Positions 8,619 to 18,205 of a DNA stretch of 64,000 nt are shown in pieces. Within the stretch, counting starts at the first letter, position 1, and each line of letters begins with the position of its first letter. The notes beneath the pieces are model-generated. The model did not search any database. It was given only the letters and a program-made list of their open reading frames with translations, and was not told the origin of the DNA. Source of the stretch: Candidatus Bathyarchaeia archaeon (GTDB lineage: Archaea > Thermoproteota > Bathyarchaeia > 40CM-2-53-6); NCBI GenBank assembly GCA_050012795.1, contig JBEKGM010000006.1, positions 27,626 through 91,625 of the forward strand. Direction: 5' to 3'. A program made the translations under genes and the position numbers.

Positions 8619-9395
8619 TTATTCACGTAGGACCTCGTCAACATCTCGGTACCACTTTTTTTTCTCACCGATTTGAGCTCTGATCTTCCATCCCCTTGTC
8701 TTGGGTTCGTTATCTAATCGGGTCAGTAAGGCAACAATCTTTGAGTCTACATCCTTTCTATCCTCCTCAGACAGTTTCTCGAGGGTTTGCGCTTTGTCCT
8801 TCACCTTTTCCAAGTTAATCGTCAGGGTTTTCCAAAGCCCCCAATCGCGAGAGGTAAGGTGTGCAAGATAATCTGCGTTAATTGTATCATCGTCCGACCC
8901 GCCAATTTGATGCTCCCTTAGTAGCATTATAGTGTCGATGATGTCCTTTTCATTCAGTTTGACTATTTGCATTTTCTCCAAAAGAAGTTCTACTAGCGGG
9001 ACTGTCGGGTTATCCAACTCTAGCCTATCTTGGAAGACGACGTCGTGGCAGAACTCAAGCTTGTCTAAGAAGACATCGCAATGTCTACTGGTGTTGCGAG
9101 TGTCATAGAATATCAGTCGAGAGCCAAAAAGGGCCCTTACTCGCGGGTCACTCTGATATCCAAGCTCCGCGAAGAGCTTACTAATTCGGGAACTTTCCTG
9201 CCGGTAGGATGCGAAATCTATGTCACTGATCGTACGTCCAAGCATTTCCTGCATATAGGAGAATTTGGGACAATGTTTGTGAAAAGCTAGCGCCCCAATT
9301 AACCTCAATAGCACACCCTCGGTCGTTGCCGCATTCATGATTCGATCTACTTCTGCAAGGAAATCGGGAAGTGTGTTGCCGTTCGTCAAGATCAT
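8619..9395 (-). CDS. Hypothetical protein, possibly nucleotidyltransferase-fold
   Basis: 258 aa. The G-x-x-A...SDIDF pattern (LIGALAFHKH...RTISDIDFAS) is reminiscent of uncharacterised NTase families. The call is weak. Confidence 0.3.
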   Translation of the reverse strand: MILTNGNTLPDFLAEVDRIMNAATTEGVLLRLIGALAFHKHCPKFSYMQEMLGRTISDIDFASYRQESSRISKLFAELGYQSDPRVRALFGSRLIFYDTRNTSRHCDVFLDKLEFCHDVVFQDRLELDNPTVPLVELLLEKMQIVKLNEKDIIDTIMLLREHQIGGSDDDTINADYLAHLTSRDWGLWKTLTINLEKVKDKAQTLEKLSEEDRKDVDSKIVALLTRLDNEPKTRGWKIRAQIGEKKKWYRDVDEVLRE

Positions 9396-9457
9396 TCCTT
9401 AGGGGGACGATGAAATAGACGGCTAAATGAAACTTTGTTTTGACTAGCGGTCTTGCG

Positions 9458-11293
9458 TCACGATGTTCTTTCATTTACTCCAATTATGGGACTAATTATC
9501 TTCTGCCTTTCTAGGTCCACCCAGCCTTTGTCTGTGAGATTGTATCGGCCTGTCTCCCAGCCCCATCCCGTGAGAGCCCCGGTGAAGAATGATAGGTGCA
9601 TGAATGGGTGCGTAAGGTTGCACCCCATGTTTCTGAGAGTCTCTTTCATAGACTTGATTTTTGCCGCCATGGTCTGAACGTCTATGTCCGCCATCATCCC
9701 CACAATGGGTAATGGTATACTATCCAGAACTTTTCCGTTGGCGACGGCGATCTGTCCGCCATGCATTCGAGCTATCTCGTTGCCAGCAAATGCCATATCA
9801 CTAGGATTTGTCCCAATCAGCACTAGATTATGGTGATCGTGAGCCACAGTCGTCCCGATTGCTCCCATCTTAAGACCTAGACCTGAAGAAAAGCCGACGG
9901 AGATGCGGCCGCTTGCCGTGTGACGCTCTGCAATGGCAATCAGCACTACGTCATTCTGGACGCTTGGAAGAATAACTCCGTTTTCCACCTCCAATACAGC
10001 CTCACCGTTTCTGAATCCGCGGACTTCCTCGTTGGACACAAGAGTTTGAATTCTTACGTTTTTCACGTTCTTTTTCGTACGGACGAGAAAGTCAGCCGGT
10101 CTAAGCTTTCGTTTCAGTTTGACAGTTTCCGTCAATACTGGCGTGTATCGAGGCTTAGCGAGGCCCATAACCATTTTCCCGTTCTTAGCTACTACCCTTC
10201 CCATCGATATTGTTGTATGGACATTGAATTCCTCCAACCTACGTACGAAGAGTATGTCTGCGTACCTGCCAGGTGTGATACTGCCTATTGCATGTTCAAT
10301 TCGAAAGAGTTCAGCGGCGTTCAGGGTACCCATTTGTATCGCTGAGACGGGATCAATCCCCTCTTCTATTGCTCTTCTTACGTGATGATCTATATGTCCC
10401 CGTTCGGCAATATCCTCCGCGCTCAAATCATCTGTAGCGAAGCTGATGTGCCGTGATTGCACATGATGTTCGGTTATTACCTTGGCTTGATTCTTGAGAT
10501 TTTGCATCCAAACGTTTCCGCCCTCGATGAAGTTGACTCTGATCCCGTTCCGTAACATTTCAAGTTCTCCTTTAGTTGTCCATTCACCTTCGTGCGAATA
10601 ATCTACTCCCGCGCAAACACAAGCCGGAATGACTCGCTCCGGATCTTCCACAATTCCACATGGCCCGTCCGTAACCTTTCCCAACTCTCGAGCACATGCA
10701 ATTTTGTCCACGGTGTCCGGGTTCTTGGACAGCAACATTGGCACGCTCAGTTCATCCCAGCCTACAGCTTCTGGCCACGTCAACATCTTCATGAGAGCCG
10801 TCTTGCTGAAGTGCCCTCCTACAGTCTCAAGTTTTGAAGGAGTCATAGGTACTTCGAAGCAAACGGTAAGCCACTCTTTGAAAGGCAGTTCCCGTGCCTT
10901 TTCCACAATCTCCCTGATTCCACGCAATCCAGCGATTAATCCCACCTCGTGCAGATCGCACATAACTGATGTGGTCCCCCTCGGTAGGACAGCCTCAGCA
11001 AAACGAGTCATTGAGAGCATGGTGCTCTCAATGTGAATGTGCGTATCTATGAGACCTGGCACAAGATATGCGCCTTCAGCATCAACGACCACCGTCTTCT
11101 CACCCACACACCGCTCAACGTTGCCAATCTTTGAGATCCTGTTTCCAGCGACGGCAACACCTCCCGCGTACGTCTCCCCCGTGCAGACGTTCACGATTTC
11201 GCCGTTTAACACGACGAGGCTGGCTGGTCGCTTACCTAGAGCAACATCCATGGCATTGGAAAGTTCTTCAAAATTCAAACGGTGAGAACCCAT
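9458..11293 (-). CDS. ade: Adenine deaminase (amidohydrolase superfamily)
   Basis: 611 aa. Metal-binding motif GLIDTHIHIES near the N-terminus, with adenine-deaminase-like length and C-terminal domain. Confidence 0.7.
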   Translation of the reverse strand: MGSHRLNFEELSNAMDVALGKRPASLVVLNGEIVNVCTGETYAGGVAVAGNRISKIGNVERCVGEKTVVVDAEGAYLVPGLIDTHIHIESTMLSMTRFAEAVLPRGTTSVMCDLHEVGLIAGLRGIREIVEKARELPFKEWLTVCFEVPMTPSKLETVGGHFSKTALMKMLTWPEAVGWDELSVPMLLSKNPDTVDKIACARELGKVTDGPCGIVEDPERVIPACVCAGVDYSHEGEWTTKGELEMLRNGIRVNFIEGGNVWMQNLKNQAKVITEHHVQSRHISFATDDLSAEDIAERGHIDHHVRRAIEEGIDPVSAIQMGTLNAAELFRIEHAIGSITPGRYADILFVRRLEEFNVHTTISMGRVVAKNGKMVMGLAKPRYTPVLTETVKLKRKLRPADFLVRTKKNVKNVRIQTLVSNEEVRGFRNGEAVLEVENGVILPSVQNDVVLIAIAERHTASGRISVGFSSGLGLKMGAIGTTVAHDHHNLVLIGTNPSDMAFAGNEIARMHGGQIAVANGKVLDSIPLPIVGMMADIDVQTMAAKIKSMKETLRNMGCNLTHPFMHLSFFTGALTGWGWETGRYNLTDKGWVDLERQKIISPIIGVNERTS

Positions 11294-11650
11294 ATGTATC
11301 TCCTTCGTGCTCCGATCAGTAGGCTTCGGTCAATTTCCTGATAAGTTTGCTGCCTGCGGGTTCAGTGCATAAGTTGTTAGCGGAATTGAGAAACATCGTA
11401 CTGAGCTGATTCCCAAACAGTTTGATCGCCTCTTGCAACCCTAGCAAGTTAACGAATGAACTAGTTTGAATGGCCGCGTAGCAACTAAATACCATAAGCA
11501 GCTAATTTTTGGTGGGAGGATTTGAGGTAAGCTGCCATTTATATTAAGACGAAATACTTGAACTCAGCGAATTTTCGAGGGGCATCCGGTACTGACCATA
11601 AATAGGAAGATGTTAAATTCACACGAACCGACTCATAGGACGATTGTCTT

Positions 11651-13198
11651 ATGACAAGTCAACCTGCAGCGTTTGTAAGAAAGGCTTCTGGGTTACGCAG
11701 AGACGTCTCGATGCTAGATGTAATCGGCCTGAATCTGAGCAACATGTCAGGGGGCGCAGCCCTCGGAATCATCGGGTACACAATGGTGTTGCTATCAACA
11801 ACAGCAGGAGTTAACCTAGTTTATGCGTCAATAATCGCCTGGGCGATAACAATCCCAGAGGTCATCGTTTATACAATGATGACTACGCGGATCAGTAGAA
11901 CCGGAGGGGACTATGTGTGGGTCTCACGAGTCTTTGGCGGATTTTTCGGAGGATCCCTTTCATTCATGGGATACACGCTTGAGACCATGGCCTATCTCGC
12001 TCTCATAGCGCTGGCAGCAGTAGTCGCGATTGGATCAGTTGGCGTTTCACTCGGATACTCTAATATGCTCCCCCTCGCGCTGCCTGGTAACATCCCCGGA
12101 TCCAATCTAGCCGCGCAGGTTGTTATCGGTGCGGTAGTATTTGCTCTTCTCATATTGGTCAATCTTGTGAAGCCAAGGTTAGGTTACAAGGTGGTTGCGG
12201 TTACGGTAATAATCGGGATAGCCGCAACTTTCGTGGGAATCTTCTCGCTGTTGGCTGCTGGGACGACAGGCGTGCAAGGTTACATGACTTTCCTTAACTC
12301 GATCGGCGCTAACGCCACGTACTCTTCGGTTTCATTGCCGCCTACTTCCCCAACGTTAGATTGGGGAGGAACAATCTTCATGATGCCCTTCTTCGCTATC
12401 TTCGTCTATCCATGGTTGAACGCGGGACCCGCCGTTGCTTCCGAGATTAAGGGCAAGGGTGCGCTCCGATACAACGTCGTGATCTCGTCGATTGTAACTC
12501 TTATAGTCGTCACCAGCGCGTTCGCAGCCATGTACTACGCGGGCGGTTACAACTTCATCAACGGCGCATTAGGTAATCCAAATCTTGTATACAATTGGAC
12601 TTTCAATTTCTGGACGCTGGCAATGGGTGTCGCCCCGAATCCGGCCATTGCTTGGTTCATCGGACTCGGTTGGATCCTGTGGAATGTTGCCATTTTAGCT
12701 TACGGAATCATCGTTCTTTCACGATACCTTTTCGCCCAGTCCTTCGACCGATTCCTACCAGAGAAGATATCGTATGTAAGCCCGAAGTATAATTCACCCT
12801 CCATCGCATTGCTGATCGAACTCGTTGGAACAGTTGTTTTGATCGTACTCACTTTGTTCTTCTACGGTAGCTTGGAAGCACTCTTTGGAGCCATAATCGC
12901 ATCCATGATCTACTTCCTCTTCATAGGATTAGCCGCCGTACGGTACGCTCTCAAGAACGAGAAAGGAACACCTAAAGCGATTCTGGCTACATCGGGGACA
13001 TTGATGGCAATCGTTTTCGCATACATCACATACCAGTTCCTCGCTTTTCCAGGAATATGGGGAGGAAACCCGCTTGCGTACGGTTGGGTCGCGGGTAGCT
13101 TCATTGCTGGAATCATAATCTACGCAGTCTCAAAATCATACTACGGCAAACGTGGCATCGACATAACCCTAGCATACAAGGAACTACCACCACTATAG
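11651..13198 (+). CDS. APC-superfamily amino acid/polyamine permease
   Basis: 515 aa, about 12 hydrophobic segments and an APC-type N-terminus (RKASGLRRDVSMLDVIGLNLSNMSGGA). Confidence 0.7.
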   Translation: MTSQPAAFVRKASGLRRDVSMLDVIGLNLSNMSGGAALGIIGYTMVLLSTTAGVNLVYASIIAWAITIPEVIVYTMMTTRISRTGGDYVWVSRVFGGFFGGSLSFMGYTLETMAYLALIALAAVVAIGSVGVSLGYSNMLPLALPGNIPGSNLAAQVVIGAVVFALLILVNLVKPRLGYKVVAVTVIIGIAATFVGIFSLLAAGTTGVQGYMTFLNSIGANATYSSVSLPPTSPTLDWGGTIFMMPFFAIFVYPWLNAGPAVASEIKGKGALRYNVVISSIVTLIVVTSAFAAMYYAGGYNFINGALGNPNLVYNWTFNFWTLAMGVAPNPAIAWFIGLGWILWNVAILAYGIIVLSRYLFAQSFDRFLPEKISYVSPKYNSPSIALLIELVGTVVLIVLTLFFYGSLEALFGAIIASMIYFLFIGLAAVRYALKNEKGTPKAILATSGTLMAIVFAYITYQFLAFPGIWGGNPLAYGWVAGSFIAGIIIYAVSKSYYGKRGIDITLAYKELPPL

Positions 13199-13294
13199 AG
13201 CAGTAAGATAATTACAAGTGAGATTACGCAGTAAGCTTACGAGAAAGACACCGAACTGAAAAATACAAACTCAGTCACTGAATGTCATGCGTGA

Positions 13295-13315
13295 CCAAAC
13301 CGTCAAACGGTTCGG
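13295..13315. terminator. Hairpin between convergent genes (possible bidirectional terminator)
   Basis: CCAAACCGT-CAA-ACGGTTCGG forms a 9-bp stem (8/9 paired) with a 3-nt loop. It lies between the permease stop and the phosphoesterase stop. Confidence 0.3.
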
Positions 13316-13366
13316 CCCAAACATCGTATAGTTCACGCGAAATGCTAAGTAATATTCGATTCCGCG

Positions 13367-14341
13367 TTATCCGGATGTGAGCTGAAAACTGAGAACTTTC
13401 TTATCTCCGATATTGACGATTGCTCCCTTGAGTATACCTTCAGGGTATTCGCTGCCAGGGTTAATCACCAGTGTTCTTCCAATCCTGGTGGTTCCTCTGG
13501 ATTCATGGACATGACCGCATAGGTGTACTAGCGGTTGGTGCTTTTCGACCTCGCGACGAATTGAGGTACTGCCCGCCCCAAACATGACTGCCTGACCACC
13601 CACAAAGACGGGCTTTGGCGGATAGACGGAGTCGTCCAGTTTCGGGACCGTATCTAACCCGCAGTCTACCGGAGGTACGTGAATGTTAAACACACAGTTC
13701 TGCTTATCTGATACAGAAGAAACGAGCTTCTCTGTTGCTGCTTCAAGCTCTTCTTCACTATGGTCCCGCGGACATTTCCAGGGAGTTGGATTGCTCCATC
13801 CCAAGTTCACCATTTCGTGAAGCTCATCAATCTTGACAACTTTGTTATCGGCGTTCTTCACATGAGGAGTATCTCGGATGGCATCGATAATTTCTTGATA
13901 ATCATCATTTCCACCCGTCAAATAACACGTCACACCTAACTTGGAAAGAAAGGGTTCGGCAAAGTCAACCCATTTTGTCAGAGTATCCTTCATGATGGTC
14001 ATGAAGAGTTTGTCCACTTTCTCTTTGGACGCGTTAAGCTCTTCCATCTCTGCCTTGCTGCAATGATAGTAGTAGTAACCACTGTCAGATATCTCTCGCT
14101 CCAAAGACTTTACCTCTTCGGTTCCGTGCAACGTTTTTCCACCCATATAATCCGCTTTGAACGACCCGTCGCCAAGGTCTACTATTGGAACAAGCATCTT
14201 ACCAGTAATGTCTCCTCCAAGAACTAGCACCTCCACTTTGTAGAATTTAGCAGCGCTTAGCAACTTCTCGAAACATTTTCCCGAACCATGTAAGTCCGTT
14301 GCAAAGAACATCTTTGTGAATTTCTTATCTGGCATGCGCAT
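13367..14341 (-). CDS. Metallophosphoesterase (calcineurin-like)
   Basis: Motifs FFATDLHGS, VLGGDITGK, TGGNDD and CGHVHE. Confidence 0.75.
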   Translation of the reverse strand: MRMPDKKFTKMFFATDLHGSGKCFEKLLSAAKFYKVEVLVLGGDITGKMLVPIVDLGDGSFKADYMGGKTLHGTEEVKSLEREISDSGYYYYHCSKAEMEELNASKEKVDKLFMTIMKDTLTKWVDFAEPFLSKLGVTCYLTGGNDDYQEIIDAIRDTPHVKNADNKVVKIDELHEMVNLGWSNPTPWKCPRDHSEEELEAATEKLVSSVSDKQNCVFNIHVPPVDCGLDTVPKLDDSVYPPKPVFVGGQAVMFGAGSTSIRREVEKHQPLVHLCGHVHESRGTTRIGRTLVINPGSEYPEGILKGAIVNIGDKKVLSFQLTSG

Positions 14342-14668
14342 GCATCTTTTACAATCGCCTAATAAGTATGTGAGAGTTTTCTTCCAGATAACTCCACACT
14401 ACAAAATCCAAATTATCGAGCAAATGACTTCAAAGCTAAGCCTGCACGAACTTTGTTTGCTGACTATTCAGCATGATCGTAATCTTTGAAGTGATAGACG
14501 CTGATTTCAATAACTGCTACAAACTTCTTTGAGAAAATTGGCTTCCTATATGCGAAGCTTGGTTACCTGAATTTTTTCCGCAAAACAGCGGGATCTTGCC
14601 TAAATGCAAGCTTGGACGCCCTATAGACTTGCGCATTATGCTTCAATCATTAAACATTCAACCTAGAA

Positions 14669-15034
14669 TTGAGACAAGTTTTTGCTAGGAACGTTAATCG
14701 GCTTAAGACATGTTACTCGCAGAGCATGTCCGGACTACTAGCGGAGAAGGAGATCGAATACTTAGACCAGCTTGTCAAACGAAATCGAAAACTCCGTTTG
14801 AAGAGCAAAGAGGAACTGAGTAAACCGCTCCATTCGCCCATGACAAGTGCTGAGCGTCAAGTGCGTGCAAACATAAGACACAAGGTTCTGTCCGGCGTAA
14901 TTGATATTCTTAAGATTCGGGTATCGGGCGTCGATTCTGTTTCCGAAATAAACAATGCGCTGCAGCTTCTCTGCGACAATAGCCTTAGTGCTGAAGAAAA
15001 GAGAGTGCGCGACGCGATTCTTGAGAATGGTTAA
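14669..15034 (+). CDS. Hypothetical helical protein
   Basis: ORF only, with no recognisable motif. The likely real start is the internal MSGLLAEKEIEY. Confidence 0.3.
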   Translation: MRQVFARNVNRLKTCYSQSMSGLLAEKEIEYLDQLVKRNRKLRLKSKEELSKPLHSPMTSAERQVRANIRHKVLSGVIDILKIRVSGVDSVSEINNALQLLCDNSLSAEEKRVRDAILENG

Positions 15035-15037
15035 GCG

Positions 15038-15841
15038 TTAGGCTTGTTTAGTGCCACAGTGGCCGCAGAACTCATCGGCTGCCATAAGTCTAGTTCCACA
15101 GTGCACACAGTACTTCACGTCGCCTGATCCTTGCGGCTGTGGTTTCTGGGTTGCACGTTTGCGTCTTGAGAGCAGGATTACGAAGATCGCTGCTAATACT
15201 ATTACAATCGCTGCGACAGCAGCGAATGTAATAGTAAGGTTACCGTTTTCTGGTGCTGCAGGTGAGCTAAAAGTCGTGAAAGAACTTTGATTTGATACGA
15301 TCGAAGTCATCTGGCTAGTTGTAGGCATCATAGAAAGGGTGGTAGTTGAGTTAGCGACCATCGGTTCAGTCGTGGTTGTTGGAGCAGAATATGGGACAAC
15401 GACTACGTTGAACAGCACGTGGGATGAAGCGACGACTGCGCCGTTGACTGAAGCAATTAAGTAAGCGTTCACCTGCAATACCCAAGTCCCTAAGACTGTT
15501 GGGGCGGTTGCCTTGTTAGTGATCGAGATCGTGAAGACCGCGCTTACGGGCGCATAAGGGAAGACGATAGATGATAGTACTTGAGATGAGCGCCCATCTA
15601 CTAAGTCAACTCTAACCGCGTAGAACATACTCTGATCACAGGAACCAGTTACCGCAGTTGTTACTTGCAGTGTTTGTCCTGCTCCTACAGTTGGCGGCCC
15701 TGTTGGGGCTAAGTTGACAATGTTGCAAGGCACGTACTGGGAGTAGACAATGGGGGAATTAGTGAGAAGCACAAAGATTCCGGATAACAACAGCACGAGA
15801 AGAATTTGCGGTCTCACACGTTCGTACAATTTGCTATACAA
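15038..15841 (-). CDS. Membrane-anchored protein with a C-terminal zinc ribbon
   Basis: N-terminal signal/TM, a Thr/Ser-rich stalk, a TM helix (FAAVAAIVIVLAAIFVILL), then the cytoplasmic CxxC...CxxC motif (KYCVHCGTRLMAADEFCGHCGTKQA). Confidence 0.5.
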   Translation of the reverse strand: MYSKLYERVRPQILLVLLLSGIFVLLTNSPIVYSQYVPCNIVNLAPTGPPTVGAGQTLQVTTAVTGSCDQSMFYAVRVDLVDGRSSQVLSSIVFPYAPVSAVFTISITNKATAPTVLGTWVLQVNAYLIASVNGAVVASSHVLFNVVVVPYSAPTTTTEPMVANSTTTLSMMPTTSQMTSIVSNQSSFTTFSSPAAPENGNLTITFAAVAAIVIVLAAIFVILLSRRKRATQKPQPQGSGDVKYCVHCGTRLMAADEFCGHCGTKQA

Positions 15842-16191
15842 CCTAGTCTTAGGAATAGTGAGAAGCGGTTAATGAACACTCAGCCAGAATGCTCAAGGCG
15901 GGTTGCACAAGAATGCAAGGGTTCATTGTTTAGCCATCTTAAGCGCGTTGCAACGCCATGAGCCTCGCAAGCGGAAACAGGTCTTGCCGTCCTTCAACTG
16001 CGACTTCAACGTATCCTGCATATCTCAACCCTGCATACAAACTCAACAACGCATAAGCGACTACGAACCCTATTGGGTGAAGCTCAGAAACTAACGCCGA
16101 AGATAGACCAATTGATCACCCGGTTCAAATTTGCTTGTGAGCAGCTACTAGAATTGTCTGTGCCACCCTGAGATTCCGCCATTAAGAAGGG

Positions 16192-17118
16192 TTAGGTAAG
16201 GAACAGCACCGCCACGCCAATTACCGCAACCGTAGCGCCTAGTATTCCCCGCCAGCTGGTCCTCTGTCCATAGCGTATCCAAACAGTTGGAATAATGAGG
16301 ACGGGCATGAGAGACATTAACGTCTGCGCGATGCCAGTTTGAGTGTAAGTTACTGCAATCATAGAAAGCGTAATTCCCAAGAACGGTCCAAAAAACGCCC
16401 CGATAGCGACGTTACCGATTCCCTCTCTACTCCTAATTGCACTGCGTAGTTGAGGTGTTTTCCCCGTGACCAGCATTACTAGCCAAATCGAGAACGCTCC
16501 CATAATTAAACGCATTAATGTCGCCGACAACGGATTCAAAGTCATGCCTGAAACCAAGTCGATTCCCTTCTTTGAAAGAACCAGGCCTATTCCTTGACCA
16601 GCGGCCCCAATCAAAGCAAACAGAAATCCATACGCCTTCAGTTTCTTTGAGATGATAATTTCACCCGAACGCTCTTCTGATTCCAATACGACTATAATAA
16701 CACCGGTCAACGTTACGGCGACCCCAACTAAGGCTAGTTGCGCTATGACCTCTCCCAACATCAAGTATGCGCCCAAGATTGCGAAAACTGGCGCCAATGC
16801 CATGACGAGAACCGCTCGCCGAGGTCCAACAGTAACATATGCTGCGAACAAACCACCATCACCAATCGTCAACCCAACAATTCCGCTTGCTCCCATCCAG
16901 AGCCATTGTGTACTATTGGCCGAAGGCACAATCGTTCCCAGAATGATCAAGTGTGCCAACGCCAGGAAGCCGACTGCAATTACTGTTCGATAAGCGTTCA
17001 CACTAAGCGAACCAATCTTTTTACCTGCTGAAGTGAAGAAAAGCGAAGTGATTGTCCAAAGAAGTGACGTGGCTAGAGCAGCTGCCTGCCCAAGATTGTT
17101 TGAGTCCAATCTGATCAT
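16192..17118 (-). CDS. EamA/DMT-family transporter
   Basis: About 10 TM segments with EamA repeat architecture. Start placed at ATG 17118-17116 (MIRLDSNN...), which overlaps the MarR stop as ATGA. Confidence 0.7.
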   Translation of the reverse strand: MIRLDSNNLGQAAALATSLLWTITSLFFTSAGKKIGSLSVNAYRTVIAVGFLALAHLIILGTIVPSANSTQWLWMGASGIVGLTIGDGGLFAAYVTVGPRRAVLVMALAPVFAILGAYLMLGEVIAQLALVGVAVTLTGVIIVVLESEERSGEIIISKKLKAYGFLFALIGAAGQGIGLVLSKKGIDLVSGMTLNPLSATLMRLIMGAFSIWLVMLVTGKTPQLRSAIRSREGIGNVAIGAFFGPFLGITLSMIAVTYTQTGIAQTLMSLMPVLIIPTVWIRYGQRTSWRGILGATVAVIGVAVLFLT

Positions 17119-17600
17119 TCGTTTGAGAAAGTACGTCTTAGAAGTCGCAATGCGGCTATAATCATGGCACAATCTGATGAGGAAAGAAGGCGTAAGCTCT
17201 TTGATAATTGAACGCGCGTTGCTTTGTAAGCAGAATCAAGCTTAGCTCGACCACGACGAGTCAGAGAGAGGGTCATTCGCCTGCGGTCGTCCCGATTCTC
17301 TTCACGGATCATTAGTCCGCGCGATACCAATCCTTCCACGAGTGTTGACATTGCGGGAAGCGAGAGGCCAATGTGTTCTGCCACATCCGACAACGAAGCT
17401 CCATTGTTCTTGTAGATAAATGTCAGAGCGCGAAAATGAGGGACAGACATCTCCACCGCACCATGTTCTCTCAAATTACTCCGAATAACTCGCATAACGA
17501 TGGGCACAGCTTCAATGATCTCGCGAGCACATTCATCGGTTAAAGATCCTTCAGACCGTAGTGTAGCGTACATATTCGTTCGTTGACCAAATGATTCCAA
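17115..17600 (-). CDS. MarR family transcriptional regulator
   Basis: 161 aa winged-helix protein (LSDVAEHIGLSLPAMSTLVEGLVSRGLMIREENRDDRRRMTLSLTRRG). Confidence 0.85.
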   Translation of the reverse strand: MESFGQRTNMYATLRSEGSLTDECAREIIEAVPIVMRVIRSNLREHGAVEMSVPHFRALTFIYKNNGASLSDVAEHIGLSLPAMSTLVEGLVSRGLMIREENRDDRRRMTLSLTRRGRAKLDSAYKATRVQLSKSLRLLSSSDCAMIIAALRLLRRTFSNE

Positions 17601-17693
17601 ACCCTAAATATTTACGTCCTGCCGTTCAGTATGAAGCATGAGAACAAGCAACTGGGGTTAACTTCAATCATGAGAGTTTAACATGAGAACCTT

Positions 17694-18179
17694 ATGACAA
17701 TGGAAAGCAAAGTGAGCATTCCCACCGATAAGGGCCTGGCTCGAGTTCTAGTGGCGGTTGACGGTTCAGACTATTCGAAGAGAGCAACTATGGTTGCGAT
17801 AACGCTATGTAAAGCAGTCAATGCTGAACTTGTAGCATTCCACGCGATCCCGGTCCCGCGTTACTCGTTCACCGCAGAAGCTGGCGGCATGTATCCTTTC
17901 CCACTTGACCAATACTTCGCGTCAGCCCGTAAAGAAGCTCAGGGGCTCGTCGACGAGGCCGTTACATTAGCAACGAAGAGTGGAGTTCAGGCTACTGGCT
18001 TAGTTGCTGCTCCCACTTATTCAATTGTTGAAGCTATAGTTCAAGCAGCAATCTCTCATGACATTGATCTAATTGTTCTTGGAAGTAGAGGTCTTAGCGG
18101 TTTCAAGAAGCTGCTTATCGGCAGCGTATCATCCGCTGTTGTAAATCATGCACACTGTTCAGTTTTGGTGGCTAGATAA
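17694..18179 (+). CDS. Universal stress protein (UspA family)
   Basis: VLVAVDGSDYSKRA...DLIVLGSRGLSGFKKLLIGSVSSAVVNHAHCSVLV. Confidence 0.85.
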   Translation: MTMESKVSIPTDKGLARVLVAVDGSDYSKRATMVAITLCKAVNAELVAFHAIPVPRYSFTAEAGGMYPFPLDQYFASARKEAQGLVDEAVTLATKSGVQATGLVAAPTYSIVEAIVQAAISHDIDLIVLGSRGLSGFKKLLIGSVSSAVVNHAHCSVLVAR

Positions 18180-18205
18180 GTACAGAGTCTAAAGGTTTCG
18201 AAAAT